This document shows, piece by piece, positions 9,890-19,512 of a stretch of DNA of 64,000 nt. The position numbers and the translations under genes were made by a program. Below the pieces are notes generated by a model. The model worked only from the letters and a program-made list of their open reading frames with translations, ran no database searches and was not told where the DNA came from. Source of the DNA: a phage; assembly GCA_025677605.1 (NCBI GenBank), contig GCA_025677605.1_4110.1; one strand, written 5' to 3'. Within the stretch, counting starts at the first letter, position 1. The number at the start of each line of letters is the position of its first letter.

Positions 9890-10506
9890 TAATCACAGCT
9901 TCCTGAACTTGAGCTTGAACTATCACAAGAGCCACTGTCATAAGAGGAAGATGAGTCGCTATAGGATGAAGTACTGATAATTGCGGCAGTTGTTGCTGCT
10001 GTCAGTAGAACAGTGCTTGTACCATCATCAGTACTGGTAGTACTGGAAGATGCTTCCTTATCAGTTTTAGTGCTTTTGCGAGTTGTACTGGTTTTTTTGG
10101 TATTTTTAGTGCTAGTCTTGCGACCTTTTGTTTTCTTAGAAGTTTTTGCTTTTGTTTTAGTTGTTGATGCTTTTGGTTGTGGTTCTTCTTTTACTGGAAC
10201 TTCTTCAACTTCTTCCTGAACTGATTTAACTTCTTCAGCCGCACCATCAATGTAAACGTCATCAACAGTTAAAGTTGGCGTATATCCTTCAAAAACTGGT
10301 ACATCATGTACTGCTTTATCACGATTATCGTCAATGACTGGTGTCATGTCACGGCGACCCATAATAATTAGTAAACCTAGTTCTAGTACTGGCGTAAAAA
10401 TAATACCAAATACTGTGTATGCCAGTGCATTACGGTTGTAAGATTTTGCCAAAAACCAACCAATAACCAGACCAAGTACGTATAGTACGTATAGTGCATA
10501 AATCAT
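9889..10506 (-). CDS. membrane-anchored protein with Ser/Thr/Lys-rich low-complexity tail
   Basis: N-terminal TM helices followed by acidic linker and TSKKTKGRKTSTKNTKK...SSSSYDSGSCDSSSSSSGSCD tail. Confidence 0.55.
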   Translation of the reverse strand: MIYALYVLYVLGLVIGWFLAKSYNRNALAYTVFGIIFTPVLELGLLIIMGRRDMTPVIDDNRDKAVHDVPVFEGYTPTLTVDDVYIDGAAEEVKSVQEEVEEVPVKEEPQPKASTTKTKAKTSKKTKGRKTSTKNTKKTSTTRKSTKTDKEASSSTTSTDDGTSTVLLTAATTAAIISTSSYSDSSSSYDSGSCDSSSSSSGSCD

Positions 10507-10802
10507 AGTATGACTCCTTTAATTACAATTATTTTACCGATATCTTCGATATAATTAGAAAAGTGATAGTTGTCTTGGTATATCAACCACGCACCAAACC
10601 CATCTACTATTTCGATTATATTAATTTCTTCAATTGGATTATTTTTACATTCAGCAACTAACGGACAAAAATAATCATTTAAAATTTGAAGATATATTTT
10701 ACTTACCTCTAACCATTCAGTTCTATTATAGTATTTGTCAAAAGTAAAAGTTTCCCACAGAAGTTTATATGTTTCTTCTGCTTCATATAATATTTTAATC
10801 AT
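10503..10802 (-). CDS. hypothetical protein (99 aa)
   Basis: Minus-strand ORF, ATGA overlap. Confidence 0.5.
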   Translation of the reverse strand: MIKILYEAEETYKLLWETFTFDKYYNRTEWLEVSKIYLQILNDYFCPLVAECKNNPIEEINIIEIVDGFGAWLIYQDNYHFSNYIEDIGKIIVIKGVIL

Positions 10803-11101
10803 ATACTAATAATTTCGTTAGTGGATACTACTCTTCCGTACATCAATGGGATTACGTACACATTTGGAACCGAAATCCCCACTGATTTAATTGTATCACA
10901 TAGCTCATTATTTGTCCTGGCATTTTTGAACTTTATTTCTCTACCTTCAAATGCATCAATAACAGATTGTGAATATGAATCCATTAACACCCTGAAGTTA
11001 ATCATCATAGTTGGGTAGTCTAGTATCCCCTCAAGTCGCATATCATGGCACGTTCTGAATAGCATAATGTATGTTTTATGACAAAGTAATAGTTCATTCA
11101 T
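10799..11101 (-). CDS. hypothetical protein (100 aa)
   Basis: Minus-strand ORF, ATGA overlap. Confidence 0.5.
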   Translation of the reverse strand: MNELLLCHKTYIMLFRTCHDMRLEGILDYPTMMINFRVLMDSYSQSVIDAFEGREIKFKNARTNNELCDTIKSVGISVPNVYVIPLMYGRVVSTNEIISI

Positions 11102-11415
11102 ATGAAAATCTCATCCAGATACAATGTAGTACTGGGTCTGTCTGTATTAACATCAGTACTGCAATCAATCATCAGACCGTAGTCAGTACCCCATATTTGC
11201 TTGATATAAAGGTCATAATCACGACTGGTATTTGCTTCATATACTACATTATTATAAAAAAGATCAGTCAATTCGTAATAGAAATCTTTAACACGTTTAT
11301 TCACCTCTTTTCTGTACATATCCATCTCAACGTTATCAATGTACAATAACCATTTCAGACAATAATTAAAATGATTCTCGTACATTATTAATTTATTATA
11401 TTCTTCTTGTGTCAT
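11098..11415 (-). CDS. hypothetical protein (105 aa)
   Basis: Minus-strand ORF, ATGA overlap. Confidence 0.5.
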   Translation of the reverse strand: MTQEEYNKLIMYENHFNYCLKWLLYIDNVEMDMYRKEVNKRVKDFYYELTDLFYNNVVYEANTSRDYDLYIKQIWGTDYGLMIDCSTDVNTDRPSTTLYLDEIFI

Positions 11416-11735
11416 AGTTCAATCTCTTCTATGTACATACTATTTTCTATGTACGGATCAAATGGGTGTATTTTATAATCAACGAATATTCCATATCCTG
11501 TACCAAAAACACCATGAATATATACAATATCATCTTCGCACTTAATAGTTCTGTACTTAAATCTCTTTTCCAATGATTCATATATTTCACTAATTATACA
11601 GTTAATATAGTTATATAACTGATGGTTTGATTTAGTGCATTGTTCTTCAAGAAGTATATTATATAGAATCAGAAAGTATCTGTTTATATAATTCAAATAA
11701 TCTAATTCACTTTTTGTTATTAACGTGTTGGTCAT
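11412..11735 (-). CDS. hypothetical protein (107 aa)
   Basis: Minus-strand ORF. Confidence 0.5.
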   Translation of the reverse strand: MTNTLITKSELDYLNYINRYFLILYNILLEEQCTKSNHQLYNYINCIISEIYESLEKRFKYRTIKCEDDIVYIHGVFGTGYGIFVDYKIHPFDPYIENSMYIEEIEL

Positions 11736-12123
11736 ATATAATCTCTATCTCATTTGAATCGTAATATGCTTTATGGGTTCTTGTTTTATTTTGGTATTTT
11801 ATTTTGGTTTTGATAAAATATATAACCTTTTTCCATTCATAATACACGTACTCAATTTTACCATAGTCACCAGTACTAAGTAATACTTTTTTACCTTTGT
11901 ACAGTTCTTGTAATTGTGTTTTATAATCCTCAAGAAATCTACTTTCAAAAATTTTTACATCACTTTCCATCACAAGGTCGATAAGAATAGCAAGATGCCT
12001 ATCCAATAATAGTAAGTTCTCTTGATCGTATTGCATAATATCTTTGTCCATTATCAGATTTTGCCGTATACATGTATGCCCCATAAGAATATGATATGTT
12101 GGTAATTTCAACTTCTCTTCCAA
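11707..12123 (-). CDS. hypothetical protein (start uncertain)
   Basis: Minus-strand ORF; overlaps upstream ORF by ~125 nt so true start is probably an internal Met. Confidence 0.4.
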   Translation of the reverse strand: MEEKLKLPTYHILMGHTCIRQNLIMDKDIMQYDQENLLLLDRHLAILIDLVMESDVKIFESRFLEDYKTQLQELYKGKKVLLSTGDYGKIEYVYYEWKKVIYFIKTKIKYQNKTRTHKAYYDSNEIEIIYDQHVNNKK

Positions 12124-12370
12124 GATATATAGCTTTTGTTCCTACGTATTTTTTAAGCAGTGGTGTAGTTAGATCAAGGAGATAGGTTTCAAGGAAATCG
12201 GAAATATCATAACATGGGTCTACTAATTGAGTATGAAAGAAACGACGAGTATCTCTTATCAATTTCACTTGCCTGTCATACAATTCTAATCTCGTCATAT
12301 GTTGCATCCCATAAAAAACCTGCTCGTTCGCACCTGTACAAAATATTACCATTCCAGGTCGCCACTTCAA
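11999..12370 (-). CDS. hypothetical protein (start uncertain)
   Basis: Minus-strand ORF; overlaps upstream ORF, probable internal start. Confidence 0.4.
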   Translation of the reverse strand: MKWRPGMVIFCTGANEQVFYGMQHMTRLELYDRQVKLIRDTRRFFHTQLVDPCYDISDFLETYLLDLTTPLLKKYVGTKAIYLGREVEITNISYSYGAYMYTAKSDNGQRYYAIRSRELTIIG

Positions 12371-12557
12371 TAATTGTCCATGTTAAATCGGTATCATCTA
12401 GAACATTGACACCAAAAACCACTTTTGATAATTCGTTCTCGTAATTATCCATCAGTACTGATAATGATGTTAGTAATCTTTCATCGGATTCTGAAAAATA
12501 TAAACTACGTAAAATACGATAATGATAATAAAAAAACTTCAATGAATCATTATTCAT
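12276..12557 (-). CDS. hypothetical protein (93 aa)
   Basis: Minus-strand ORF. Confidence 0.45.
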   Translation of the reverse strand: MNNDSLKFFYYHYRILRSLYFSESDERLLTSLSVLMDNYENELSKVVFGVNVLDDTDLTWTIIEVATWNGNILYRCERAGFLWDATYDEIRIV

Positions 12558-12859
12558 GAAAAAATAAACCTCGAATATATTCTTGAGCGAAATGTTATAT
12601 TACTTGGGATATATTTGCAACAAAGGTATGGATATCCGTAAGTGCTGGATTCGATTTTGGTAATAATAACATCACTACCTCGATATTTGCACTGAACATT
12701 TGAGTATTTTTTATTCAAAAAGTCAAGATATTCATCATGAAAATGAATGAGTTGTTCTTCAAACTTGTATTGTTTTTCATTATACATTGCAAGAGATTCT
12801 TCTTTAAGAAGATATAATGTTTTCAATAATGCTTGGAATTCATTCGTATTCATATCCAT
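12554..12859 (-). CDS. hypothetical protein (101 aa)
   Basis: Minus-strand ORF, ATGA overlap. Confidence 0.5.
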   Translation of the reverse strand: MDMNTNEFQALLKTLYLLKEESLAMYNEKQYKFEEQLIHFHDEYLDFLNKKYSNVQCKYRGSDVIITKIESSTYGYPYLCCKYIPSNITFRSRIYSRFIFS

Positions 12860-13106
12860 CCACAGTAGTTATTGTTGCTCGCGTTGTGAATTGGTATCTA
12901 TGCCCATACATATCAACGCCAGATACAACTATATTATTGTTAGTATCAAGATATACTGAATCAATTTTAATAATGCGTTCCCAGTCACTTGTATCATAGA
13001 CACATTTAACATATGTATCTTTATATTTTTCTGATAGTTGCTTTACTAAATTTTTCAGTACTTGAATATGTGAATTAACAAATTGGAAATCTATATTAAT
13101 ATTCAT
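12840..13106 (-). CDS. hypothetical protein (88 aa)
   Basis: Minus-strand ORF. Confidence 0.5.
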   Translation of the reverse strand: MNINIDFQFVNSHIQVLKNLVKQLSEKYKDTYVKCVYDTSDWERIIKIDSVYLDTNNNIVVSGVDMYGHRYQFTTRATITTVDGYEYE

Positions 13107-13108
13107 GT

Positions 13109-13369
13109 TTATTCATCCGTTATAGATAATTCAGAGATAATTTTTACCATATGTTCACCCAAGAAATTGTTAGATCCAGTTAGGAATATTTTAGCTTTTA
13201 TTTTAATTTCATCACTAAGTGGAGAATAATAAATCTCTACAATTTGTCCACGTCTCCCAGTTGATAAACATGTAGCAATTTTGCCTATGTACTTGATTCG
13301 CAACTCTTCCATTAGGGAGTGCAAAACCAACTGACATTGTTTGAAATGTACATCATAACTATTATCCAT
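13109..13369 (-). CDS. hypothetical small protein (86 aa), YIGK-type
   Basis: Contains RIKYIGKIATC segment shared with small-protein family at 20.2-22.0 kb. Confidence 0.5.
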   Translation of the reverse strand: MDNSYDVHFKQCQLVLHSLMEELRIKYIGKIATCLSTGRRGQIVEIYYSPLSDEIKIKAKIFLTGSNNFLGEHMVKIISELSITDE

Positions 13370-13384
13370 TATATCACCTAAATT

Positions 13385-13412
13385 AAAAGAAAAGGGATCA
13401 GTACTGATCCCT
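13385..13412 (-). terminator. rho-independent terminator downstream of pseT
   Basis: Perfect palindrome AGGGATCAGT/ACTGATCCCT at 13393-13412 followed on minus strand by U-rich run. Confidence 0.6.
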
Positions 13413-13421
13413 TTGTAATAA

Positions 13422-14354
13422 TCAAAATAGTCCAGGTTCCACCTGAAATACTTTCAAGCCTAGTAGCTTACGCCACATGAATACAACGGCGGCCCTGTCA
13501 TCAAATACTTTCTTAACATCGTAATGATTAACAACGTTATTCATATACAACTCGAATTTGACAACATCATCAGGACGTTTATCATCGATAGCTCGCATTA
13601 ACAATACATCGTAGGGAATGCCCCAATTCTTAAGCCACTGTTCAGTATCAGCACGACACCCTTCAGTACGCCCACTCATGACGATTACCTTACGCTTATG
13701 GAAAACAGCCTCAGCAATGACAGACAGAATTACTTCTTCATCTGGTGTATCCTGAAGGACAGTACTTTCATCAAACGGGTTACGTCCCCACTTATGAGCA
13801 AGAGTACCGTCGATATCAACAATGATAGCAGCTTCACGTGCATTACCATAGTAACCAATGTGTAATGCCTTTCTATAATAGTACGTATCTGCCATTGTGT
13901 CAATGATATCATATTGAACTGAACGCTCACGCTGGAGGTTATATTTCTTACAAAGTTTTACGAACTCTTTAATCTTAAAGAATTCATGAACATCTGCACC
14001 ACGGTCTTCATTAGGCACAAAATCATCATAGAAGTTCTTTTCTTTGTAATCATAACCATTATCTTTAGCCCAACGTTTCCATTCATCACGAAAACCTTGT
14101 TTCAGGTTCGTATCGGACACAATAATATTCCATCCATTCGCTGCTGCGGCGTTTGCTGCACTGAACTGTTGATTAGTTACGTACTTCTCGTTCGCATCAG
14201 TGAATTTATAAGCATCATGTGACCCAGCCATAGACTCTCGAATATCATCACGGTTGATGTTGATAGTCTTGGACTTTGCTTTTTTAATTTCTTGCACTGC
14301 CCACGTGGTTTTACCACATCCTGGCAATCCAACTGTTAGTGTAATAGTTGGCAT
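13422..14354 (-). CDS. pseT: polynucleotide 5'-kinase / 3'-phosphatase
   Basis: P-loop GLPGCGKTT at N-terminus; HAD phosphatase DxDGT motif (IVDIDGTLA); length 310 aa and layout match T4 Pnk as I recall it. Confidence 0.9.
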   Translation of the reverse strand: MPTITLTVGLPGCGKTTWAVQEIKKAKSKTININRDDIRESMAGSHDAYKFTDANEKYVTNQQFSAANAAAANGWNIIVSDTNLKQGFRDEWKRWAKDNGYDYKEKNFYDDFVPNEDRGADVHEFFKIKEFVKLCKKYNLQRERSVQYDIIDTMADTYYYRKALHIGYYGNAREAAIIVDIDGTLAHKWGRNPFDESTVLQDTPDEEVILSVIAEAVFHKRKVIVMSGRTEGCRADTEQWLKNWGIPYDVLLMRAIDDKRPDDVVKFELYMNNVVNHYDVKKVFDDRAAVVFMWRKLLGLKVFQVEPGLF

Positions 14355-14666
14355 TTAATCCTCAATAAATTTCACATTCTTTAGATTGTACCACGAAAAA
14401 CGTTCATGTCGTGTGTTGTGTCCTATAGTTACTTCTACATAGCACTCGTCAGAAATGTGATGAGTAACTACATGAAATTTAACATTAACATCACTAATGA
14501 TAGTTTCGAACCATGTTTTAGTGTTGTAATCCCAGCATTCAACTTTCTTACCAATGAGTGATTTCTTGTATTGTGTAATCATATCATGAACAATTTCAGA
14601 AATAGTATTAGTTAATTCAATTTCTGCATTCATTAAATTATTAAGTTCTTTTAATGCTTTATTCAT
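14355..14666 (-). CDS. hypothetical small protein (103 aa)
   Basis: Minus-strand ORF; KKSLIGKKV segment. Confidence 0.5.
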   Translation of the reverse strand: MNKALKELNNLMNAEIELTNTISEIVHDMITQYKKSLIGKKVECWDYNTKTWFETIISDVNVKFHVVTHHISDECYVEVTIGHNTRHERFSWYNLKNVKFIED

Positions 14667-14938
14667 TAGATTACCTCAATAATATCATCAATTGAGATAC
14701 CAATACAATTATCGACAGTGATATTCAATGTAAAATCATCATCTACATATACATTAGTGATTTTACCATAAACATTCATCCCATCATAAGATGATTTATA
14801 ACGTACTCTTTTGTTAATATATTTTGCACGTAGAGTATTACTCTCACGGTACAATATATCCGTCAAACATTCTGATAGTACTTTATAATATAACAAATCA
14901 CTTGAATGATTGTTTTTCATTGTATTTCCCAACTCCAA
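14666..14938 (-). CDS. hypothetical small protein (90 aa)
   Basis: Minus-strand ORF. Confidence 0.5.
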   Translation of the reverse strand: MELGNTMKNNHSSDLLYYKVLSECLTDILYRESNTLRAKYINKRVRYKSSYDGMNVYGKITNVYVDDDFTLNITVDNCIGISIDDIIEVI

Positions 14939-15134
14939 ATCGCTTGGAGATTTTTACAAGTACAGCTTCATCACAACGAATACTAGCAGTGTCATTGGAT
15001 GAACTGTACTTTAAGGGGGTCCACTGTAATTGAGATTCTTCAAGGAACTTGATACATCTGAAGTAATCTTTCAGAGAAAGAAACTTAACCACTGACATAT
15101 CCTGAACAATACTATGCTGAACTTCAACTTTCAT
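14898..15134 (-). CDS. hypothetical small protein (78 aa)
   Basis: Minus-strand ORF. Confidence 0.45.
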   Translation of the reverse strand: MKVEVQHSIVQDMSVVKFLSLKDYFRCIKFLEESQLQWTPLKYSSSNDTASIRCDEAVLVKISKRFGVGKYNEKQSFK

Positions 15135-15143
15135 ATGAACTCC

Positions 15144-15401
15144 TTATAGTGGATCGAATTTATTTTCACGTTTTGATGTATAGCGAGTTACATCATGTAT
15201 TCTCGGCTTAACATCCTTTGGTTTCCTTTTCTTCTTATATTCAGTACTACTACACCCAAAAGTATTCTCGATTCGCTTCTTACTAATCTTCACACCTTTC
15301 ATTGAGCGTTTGTGCTGTAAATCATCGATTTCTTGTTGTATTTTCCTGAACTCAGTAGGAGAAAGGGAACCATCATTTTTATACTTAGGTTTAGCCATCA
15401 C
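15144..15401 (-). CDS. hypothetical basic protein (85 aa)
   Basis: Lys/Arg-rich ORF between pseT and rnlA. Confidence 0.5.
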   Translation of the reverse strand: MMAKPKYKNDGSLSPTEFRKIQQEIDDLQHKRSMKGVKISKKRIENTFGCSSTEYKKKRKPKDVKPRIHDVTRYTSKRENKFDPL

Positions 15402-15427
15402 TTCTCCTTGTGCTGGGCTAGTTAGTA

Positions 15428-16573
15428 CTAAAAATCCTTTAGTACATCTTTGTAGTACTTTAGTAAAGTCTCTTTATAATCGACACTTTTGCCATTGTAC
15501 AACGCAAAGGCCAAGCCTTGTCGGTTCAATACATTAGGTAAATCTTGCTGAACCTTTTGAGCGAATTCCTTTCGCTCTAAGTGCTTGTATGCATGGACGA
15601 AGCTTTCTACCTCATCTTGTAAAGCATTATAGCACGAAAATACCAATTGTTCCATTCTTAATATCTTATCCATAGCATATGTATCAGTACTGAACAATTG
15701 TTTTAAGTCATCACTTGCACCAGTCAGTACAGCTTCATATAAATGGGAATCAATAAGAATGGAATCTTTTGTTAAATGCAAAGAGCAATACCAGTCAGTT
15801 TTGATTTTGCACATTGTACCATCTTTCATTATACACACAAAACCTTCAATGTCAAGCATAGAACGTACTTTATCGATTGACTCTTTAAATGTAGGCATAA
15901 TCGGGAATGTATGATGAATGTCATTACCTGTCATATTAGTACTGTACTGTGAAAGGCATGGAAACTTATCACGTAGTGCTTTACCGCATAACAACTCACC
16001 ACTAATACGATGACGAACGTTAAGAACAAATAACTGTTCCACCTGATATGGTAACACAATTCGATACTCTGGGCTTGTGTATTCCAGATTCACAGTATAG
16101 CCCAAACGGTCTGCTTCATCAATGTATTGATAGAGATTTTGGTTCTCGTTCAAAAGTCGAGTACTGTTAATAGCATGGTCAGAAGATAACGAAGTGTGTG
16201 ATTTGCAACGGATTTCACCATCATTATCACGGAATGTGCTGATGATAGATCCATCTAGCTTAGGCATTACAACCGCAATATCATCACAGGTAGTATCAGC
16301 ACTGAACATTGTGTACGGGTTTTCATATGCATTGAAGAACTTTTTCATTGTACGTGCTGCACAACGAATCATAATTCCGTTGGAATCAATTTCCCACATA
16401 GAACCACGAGTTTCTAGTGCATTTTTATTTGTGAAATCGGTATAAGATGCCAGACGATAGGTGAATACACGGTATAAACCACCACCAGGGCTTGTGTGAT
16501 CTATATAGAAAAATGCATCATTAGATTCACATAGTTCCATTAAATCATTGTATATTTCTCGTAAATTACTCAT
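15428..16573 (-). CDS. rnlA: RNA ligase 1
   Basis: N-terminus YNDLMELCESNDAFFY...LYRVFTYRLASYTDF...RGSMWEID and KxDG nucleotidyltransferase motif (VMPKLDGSII) resemble T4 Rnl1 as I recall it; 381 aa. Confidence 0.9.
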   Translation of the reverse strand: MSNLREIYNDLMELCESNDAFFYIDHTSPGGGLYRVFTYRLASYTDFTNKNALETRGSMWEIDSNGIMIRCAARTMKKFFNAYENPYTMFSADTTCDDIAVVMPKLDGSIISTFRDNDGEIRCKSHTSLSSDHAINSTRLLNENQNLYQYIDEADRLGYTVNLEYTSPEYRIVLPYQVEQLFVLNVRHRISGELLCGKALRDKFPCLSQYSTNMTGNDIHHTFPIMPTFKESIDKVRSMLDIEGFVCIMKDGTMCKIKTDWYCSLHLTKDSILIDSHLYEAVLTGASDDLKQLFSTDTYAMDKILRMEQLVFSCYNALQDEVESFVHAYKHLERKEFAQKVQQDLPNVLNRQGLAFALYNGKSVDYKETLLKYYKDVLKDF

Positions 16574-16878
16574 CTAATTACCTCTATATCTACATCTGTG
16601 CCATAGTAGGAAACGTAACCATTATCTGACTTACATTGAATTGATAACTCTGATTCATAGTATGTTACTTTGATCACTGTTAGAACTTTTTCTTCAATTT
16701 CTCCCGTTAAATAATCCATTTCACGAACACGAATGTTGGTTCCTTTTGGGAGTTCTTGTGCAATTTTATTAACAAGTTCAAAAGCAGCTTCTTCAAGTGT
16801 GTGCAACAATTGCAATCTATCTTGGATATTCATATTATTTCCACCAACTGGTATCACGTCCATTAGATAAAGACTCAT
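16570..16878 (-). CDS. hypothetical protein (102 aa)
   Basis: Minus-strand ORF, ATGA overlap with rnlA. Confidence 0.5.
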   Translation of the reverse strand: MSLYLMDVIPVGGNNMNIQDRLQLLHTLEEAAFELVNKIAQELPKGTNIRVREMDYLTGEIEEKVLTVIKVTYYESELSIQCKSDNGYVSYYGTDVDIEVIR

Positions 16879-17524
16879 TGTACTGATGCCTGAAATTTGT
16901 ATCAGGATTATTAATCATAGTACTAATAAAATCAAATTTAGTGTTCTCTTGGATATATTCAATAACACTATCTTTAAACTTGATAGTACTGAAATCTAAA
17001 TCCAAATGTTCATACGATACTGGATGACAAAACTCATGTGTACGCAATGATCTCATCGTATCCTTAATGTATTGTACGGTGTTAATCATTGCTTCATAGT
17101 CTGGCATTGCACGCATCATCATAAGCTGGAAGTGTTCTTCCTCTGTCATTGATTCATCTAAATCAATAACAACTTCTTCATTCTTAGAGTCATATACTTT
17201 AATCTTACTATTCGTAGGGTCAAGCATAGCCCAATCAGGGTACAGGCATGTTTTCCAGAAAGGATTATTACACTGAAACATACTGACCAGTACTTGATTT
17301 TTATCGAAGATTGCAAAACCAAGATCATTACTGGGCTGTACTTCACACACATATATATCATATGCAGAGTCTTCAGAGCAGAATGATCCAACTACATTTG
17401 ATATATGTGAATATGGAGTTTCTCTTGATTTTAATTCAAAGGCTCTCTCCATGCGGTTAATCTGTGGTTGTAAAGTAATTACACCCCTTAGTACATATAA
17501 AATTCTATCTAAATCTTTAATCAA
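16835..17524 (-). CDS. FQ-family paralog (outlying copy), hypothetical
   Basis: Motif EEEHFQLMMMR resembling the 29.7-58.9 kb array. Confidence 0.5.
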   Translation of the reverse strand: MIKDLDRILYVLRGVITLQPQINRMERAFELKSRETPYSHISNVVGSFCSEDSAYDIYVCEVQPSNDLGFAIFDKNQVLVSMFQCNNPFWKTCLYPDWAMLDPTNSKIKVYDSKNEEVVIDLDESMTEEEHFQLMMMRAMPDYEAMINTVQYIKDTMRSLRTHEFCHPVSYEHLDLDFSTIKFKDSVIEYIQENTKFDFISTMINNPDTNFRHQYNESLSNGRDTSWWK

Positions 17525-18099
17525 AATTCTATCCCCGTGTCGGTTAATTTTGCCCCGTCCATGTACCTGACAGTTATTTCAATACGACTCTCGGCACTCA
17601 ATTTCTGAAGCTCACTGTAGTACAATTTAAATTCTTCAAAAAACTCAAACGGTGGAATATCGAATAGAGTACTCATCTGGAAGTGCTCAGGTAAGCCAAA
17701 ATCTAATATATTAATCTTAGGAATAAGACCATCTGATGCTGCACCTTCAGGTGTACTGCTGTCTGCTATATAAAACATAGAATCACCATGACGCTGAATG
17801 ACGAATATACAATCATCTTCAGTTACATAAATTATATTTCCTAGGTATGGATCATTATCACACCACTCATCATGGACGAGTTCTTCAACTTGAAGTAAAT
17901 CTTTTATAATTCCCTGACCACTATCATCAACTCGAATATGTAAACCAGAATCATCTTTACTCAACCAGCGGTATCTTGAATCACATCCTGATTCCATAAA
18001 TGGATATTTTGAAAAATCCATGTCAGTACCGTTATAATACCAATTGTACCACTCGTTACGCATAGTAATCAGCTTAGTACTTAATTCTACAATATTCAT
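17521..18099 (-). CDS. hypothetical protein (192 aa)
   Basis: Minus-strand ORF, ATGA overlap. Confidence 0.5.
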   Translation of the reverse strand: MNIVELSTKLITMRNEWYNWYYNGTDMDFSKYPFMESGCDSRYRWLSKDDSGLHIRVDDSGQGIIKDLLQVEELVHDEWCDNDPYLGNIIYVTEDDCIFVIQRHGDSMFYIADSSTPEGAASDGLIPKINILDFGLPEHFQMSTLFDIPPFEFFEEFKLYYSELQKLSAESRIEITVRYMDGAKLTDTGIEF

Positions 18100-18395
18100 T
18101 TTAGTTTTAACCTTTTAGCAACATATTCTCTTAATTTTCCATCTGGAAGTTCTACTACAAAATATGGATGATATGTTAGTCTCAGAGTAACCCTTTTTAT
18201 TACACCTCGGTCATATGATATGGGAATTCCATAGGGATCATCAATTTCAACCTCCTTACCATATAACATTGCATTGCATGTATAGGTGTATTGCGTGAGT
18301 ATACCGAGCATAGTACTAACGGAACCACCACTGCTCCATCTGGCAACATCAGCAAGCATTGTTATAGTACTACTAACTAATTGTATTTTGTCCAT
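18096..18395 (-). CDS. hypothetical protein (99 aa)
   Basis: Minus-strand ORF. Confidence 0.5.
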   Translation of the reverse strand: MDKIQLVSSTITMLADVARWSSGGSVSTMLGILTQYTYTCNAMLYGKEVEIDDPYGIPISYDRGVIKRVTLRLTYHPYFVVELPDGKLREYVAKRLKLK

Positions 18396-18406
18396 AATGT
18401 ACCTAC

Positions 18407-18431
18407 AAAAAAGACCAGCAATCCATGCTGG
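18407..18431 (-). terminator. rho-independent terminator
   Basis: Hairpin CCAGCA-ATCCA-TGCTGG followed on minus strand by UUUUUU. Confidence 0.55.
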
Positions 18432-18438
18432 CCTGTAC

Positions 18439-18717
18439 TTATTTTAATTCTTTATACGTGTATATACCAACAGTATCATTGGAGAAAATAATATAAAAAT
18501 ACACACCATGTGTATCAAAATCAATTTCATCAATGATACCTGATTTATTCATTGATTTATGTGTAACTTCTTTATTAGTATAAAGTGGAATAAACTCAGA
18601 AGAAAAATCATCTATCATAGCCCTTATATCGTCTATGTATGGTTTATTTTTAATATACATATCACCATAAAGTTCTAAAAGATATTCATATGTCCACACA
18701 TCTCTTTGTAAATTCAT
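18439..18717 (-). CDS. hypothetical protein (92 aa)
   Basis: Minus-strand ORF. Confidence 0.5.
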   Translation of the reverse strand: MNLQRDVWTYEYLLELYGDMYIKNKPYIDDIRAMIDDFSSEFIPLYTNKEVTHKSMNKSGIIDEIDFDTHGVYFYIIFSNDTVGIYTYKELK

Positions 18718-18725
18718 AACTTACC

Positions 18726-19454
18726 TTAGAAGTAAATCATACCAAGTAATTCAGAATCGTCTGGTCTGTTATAATCTTGCTTCTTAACTTTGAAGTAGAA
18801 AGACTCATGTTCTTCTAAATTATATCTCTTTTTAAGGCAACGTGTGTAAGTCTGACAGTTCGGATGTACCCATTCATAAATGTGTACACCATTCTCATCA
18901 TAACCATTTACACTACAACGATTGCCTTCGTGCTTTTTGTAGTTTTTACTCTTTTCAGTAAATTCACGAGCACATGTGGTATGAGGCTTTTTATAATCAA
19001 AAGGTACTTCAGTTATACGGAAATAATAGAAAAATTCGTCTTCATCATATCCCAAGAGCACTGTGTTAGTTTCACGTACATTGTAATGATTCTTACTTTT
19101 TGCTTCATTTTCGTATATATCTTTCAGTACTTCATCAAATACTACATCACTTGCAGCATTCGGGTTTGACACACCTGATACACGGCGTTCAATAATAAAA
19201 TCGGTAAACTTACGTTCTTCTTCAATATCGCCGTTCATATACAGACTAACAAACTTATCCTTGTATGTTTTGACTGAATATTGTTTACCTTGCACTTCAC
19301 TGTATACATCAGCTAGTAAATTCTCTTGTCCGCATTGGACACCACTTACTGAATATGCAGTTGCATGTTCTGCCATTACGGATGTTAGCATTTGGAAATT
19401 TGCAATGTTTAATTGGTTTGCTAACTCGCTGGCAAATCTGATACGGTCAATCAC
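18726..19454 (-). CDS. hypothetical protein (242 aa)
   Basis: Minus-strand ORF. Confidence 0.55.
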   Translation of the reverse strand: MIDRIRFASELANQLNIANFQMLTSVMAEHATAYSVSGVQCGQENLLADVYSEVQGKQYSVKTYKDKFVSLYMNGDIEEERKFTDFIIERRVSGVSNPNAASDVVFDEVLKDIYENEAKSKNHYNVRETNTVLLGYDEDEFFYYFRITEVPFDYKKPHTTCAREFTEKSKNYKKHEGNRCSVNGYDENGVHIYEWVHPNCQTYTRCLKKRYNLEEHESFYFKVKKQDYNRPDDSELLGMIYF

Positions 19455-19512
19455 TCTACACGCTCCTTGTGTTAGTTATTATTCCATACCAACAATTATA
19501 TCACTACTTATA

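Noticed and set aside
13730-13930. Nested minus-strand ORFs in alternative frames (13730-13930 in pseT, 17158-17391, 24074-24325 in the MTase, 26798-27004, 27490-27675, 33336-33623, 38987-39187 in the MCP, 44803-45030, 49712-49936, 51568-51780, 7830-8021, 3949-4158)
   Set aside because: Fully contained within better-supported genes whose frames carry conserved motifs; products are low-complexity or hydrophobic with no support.
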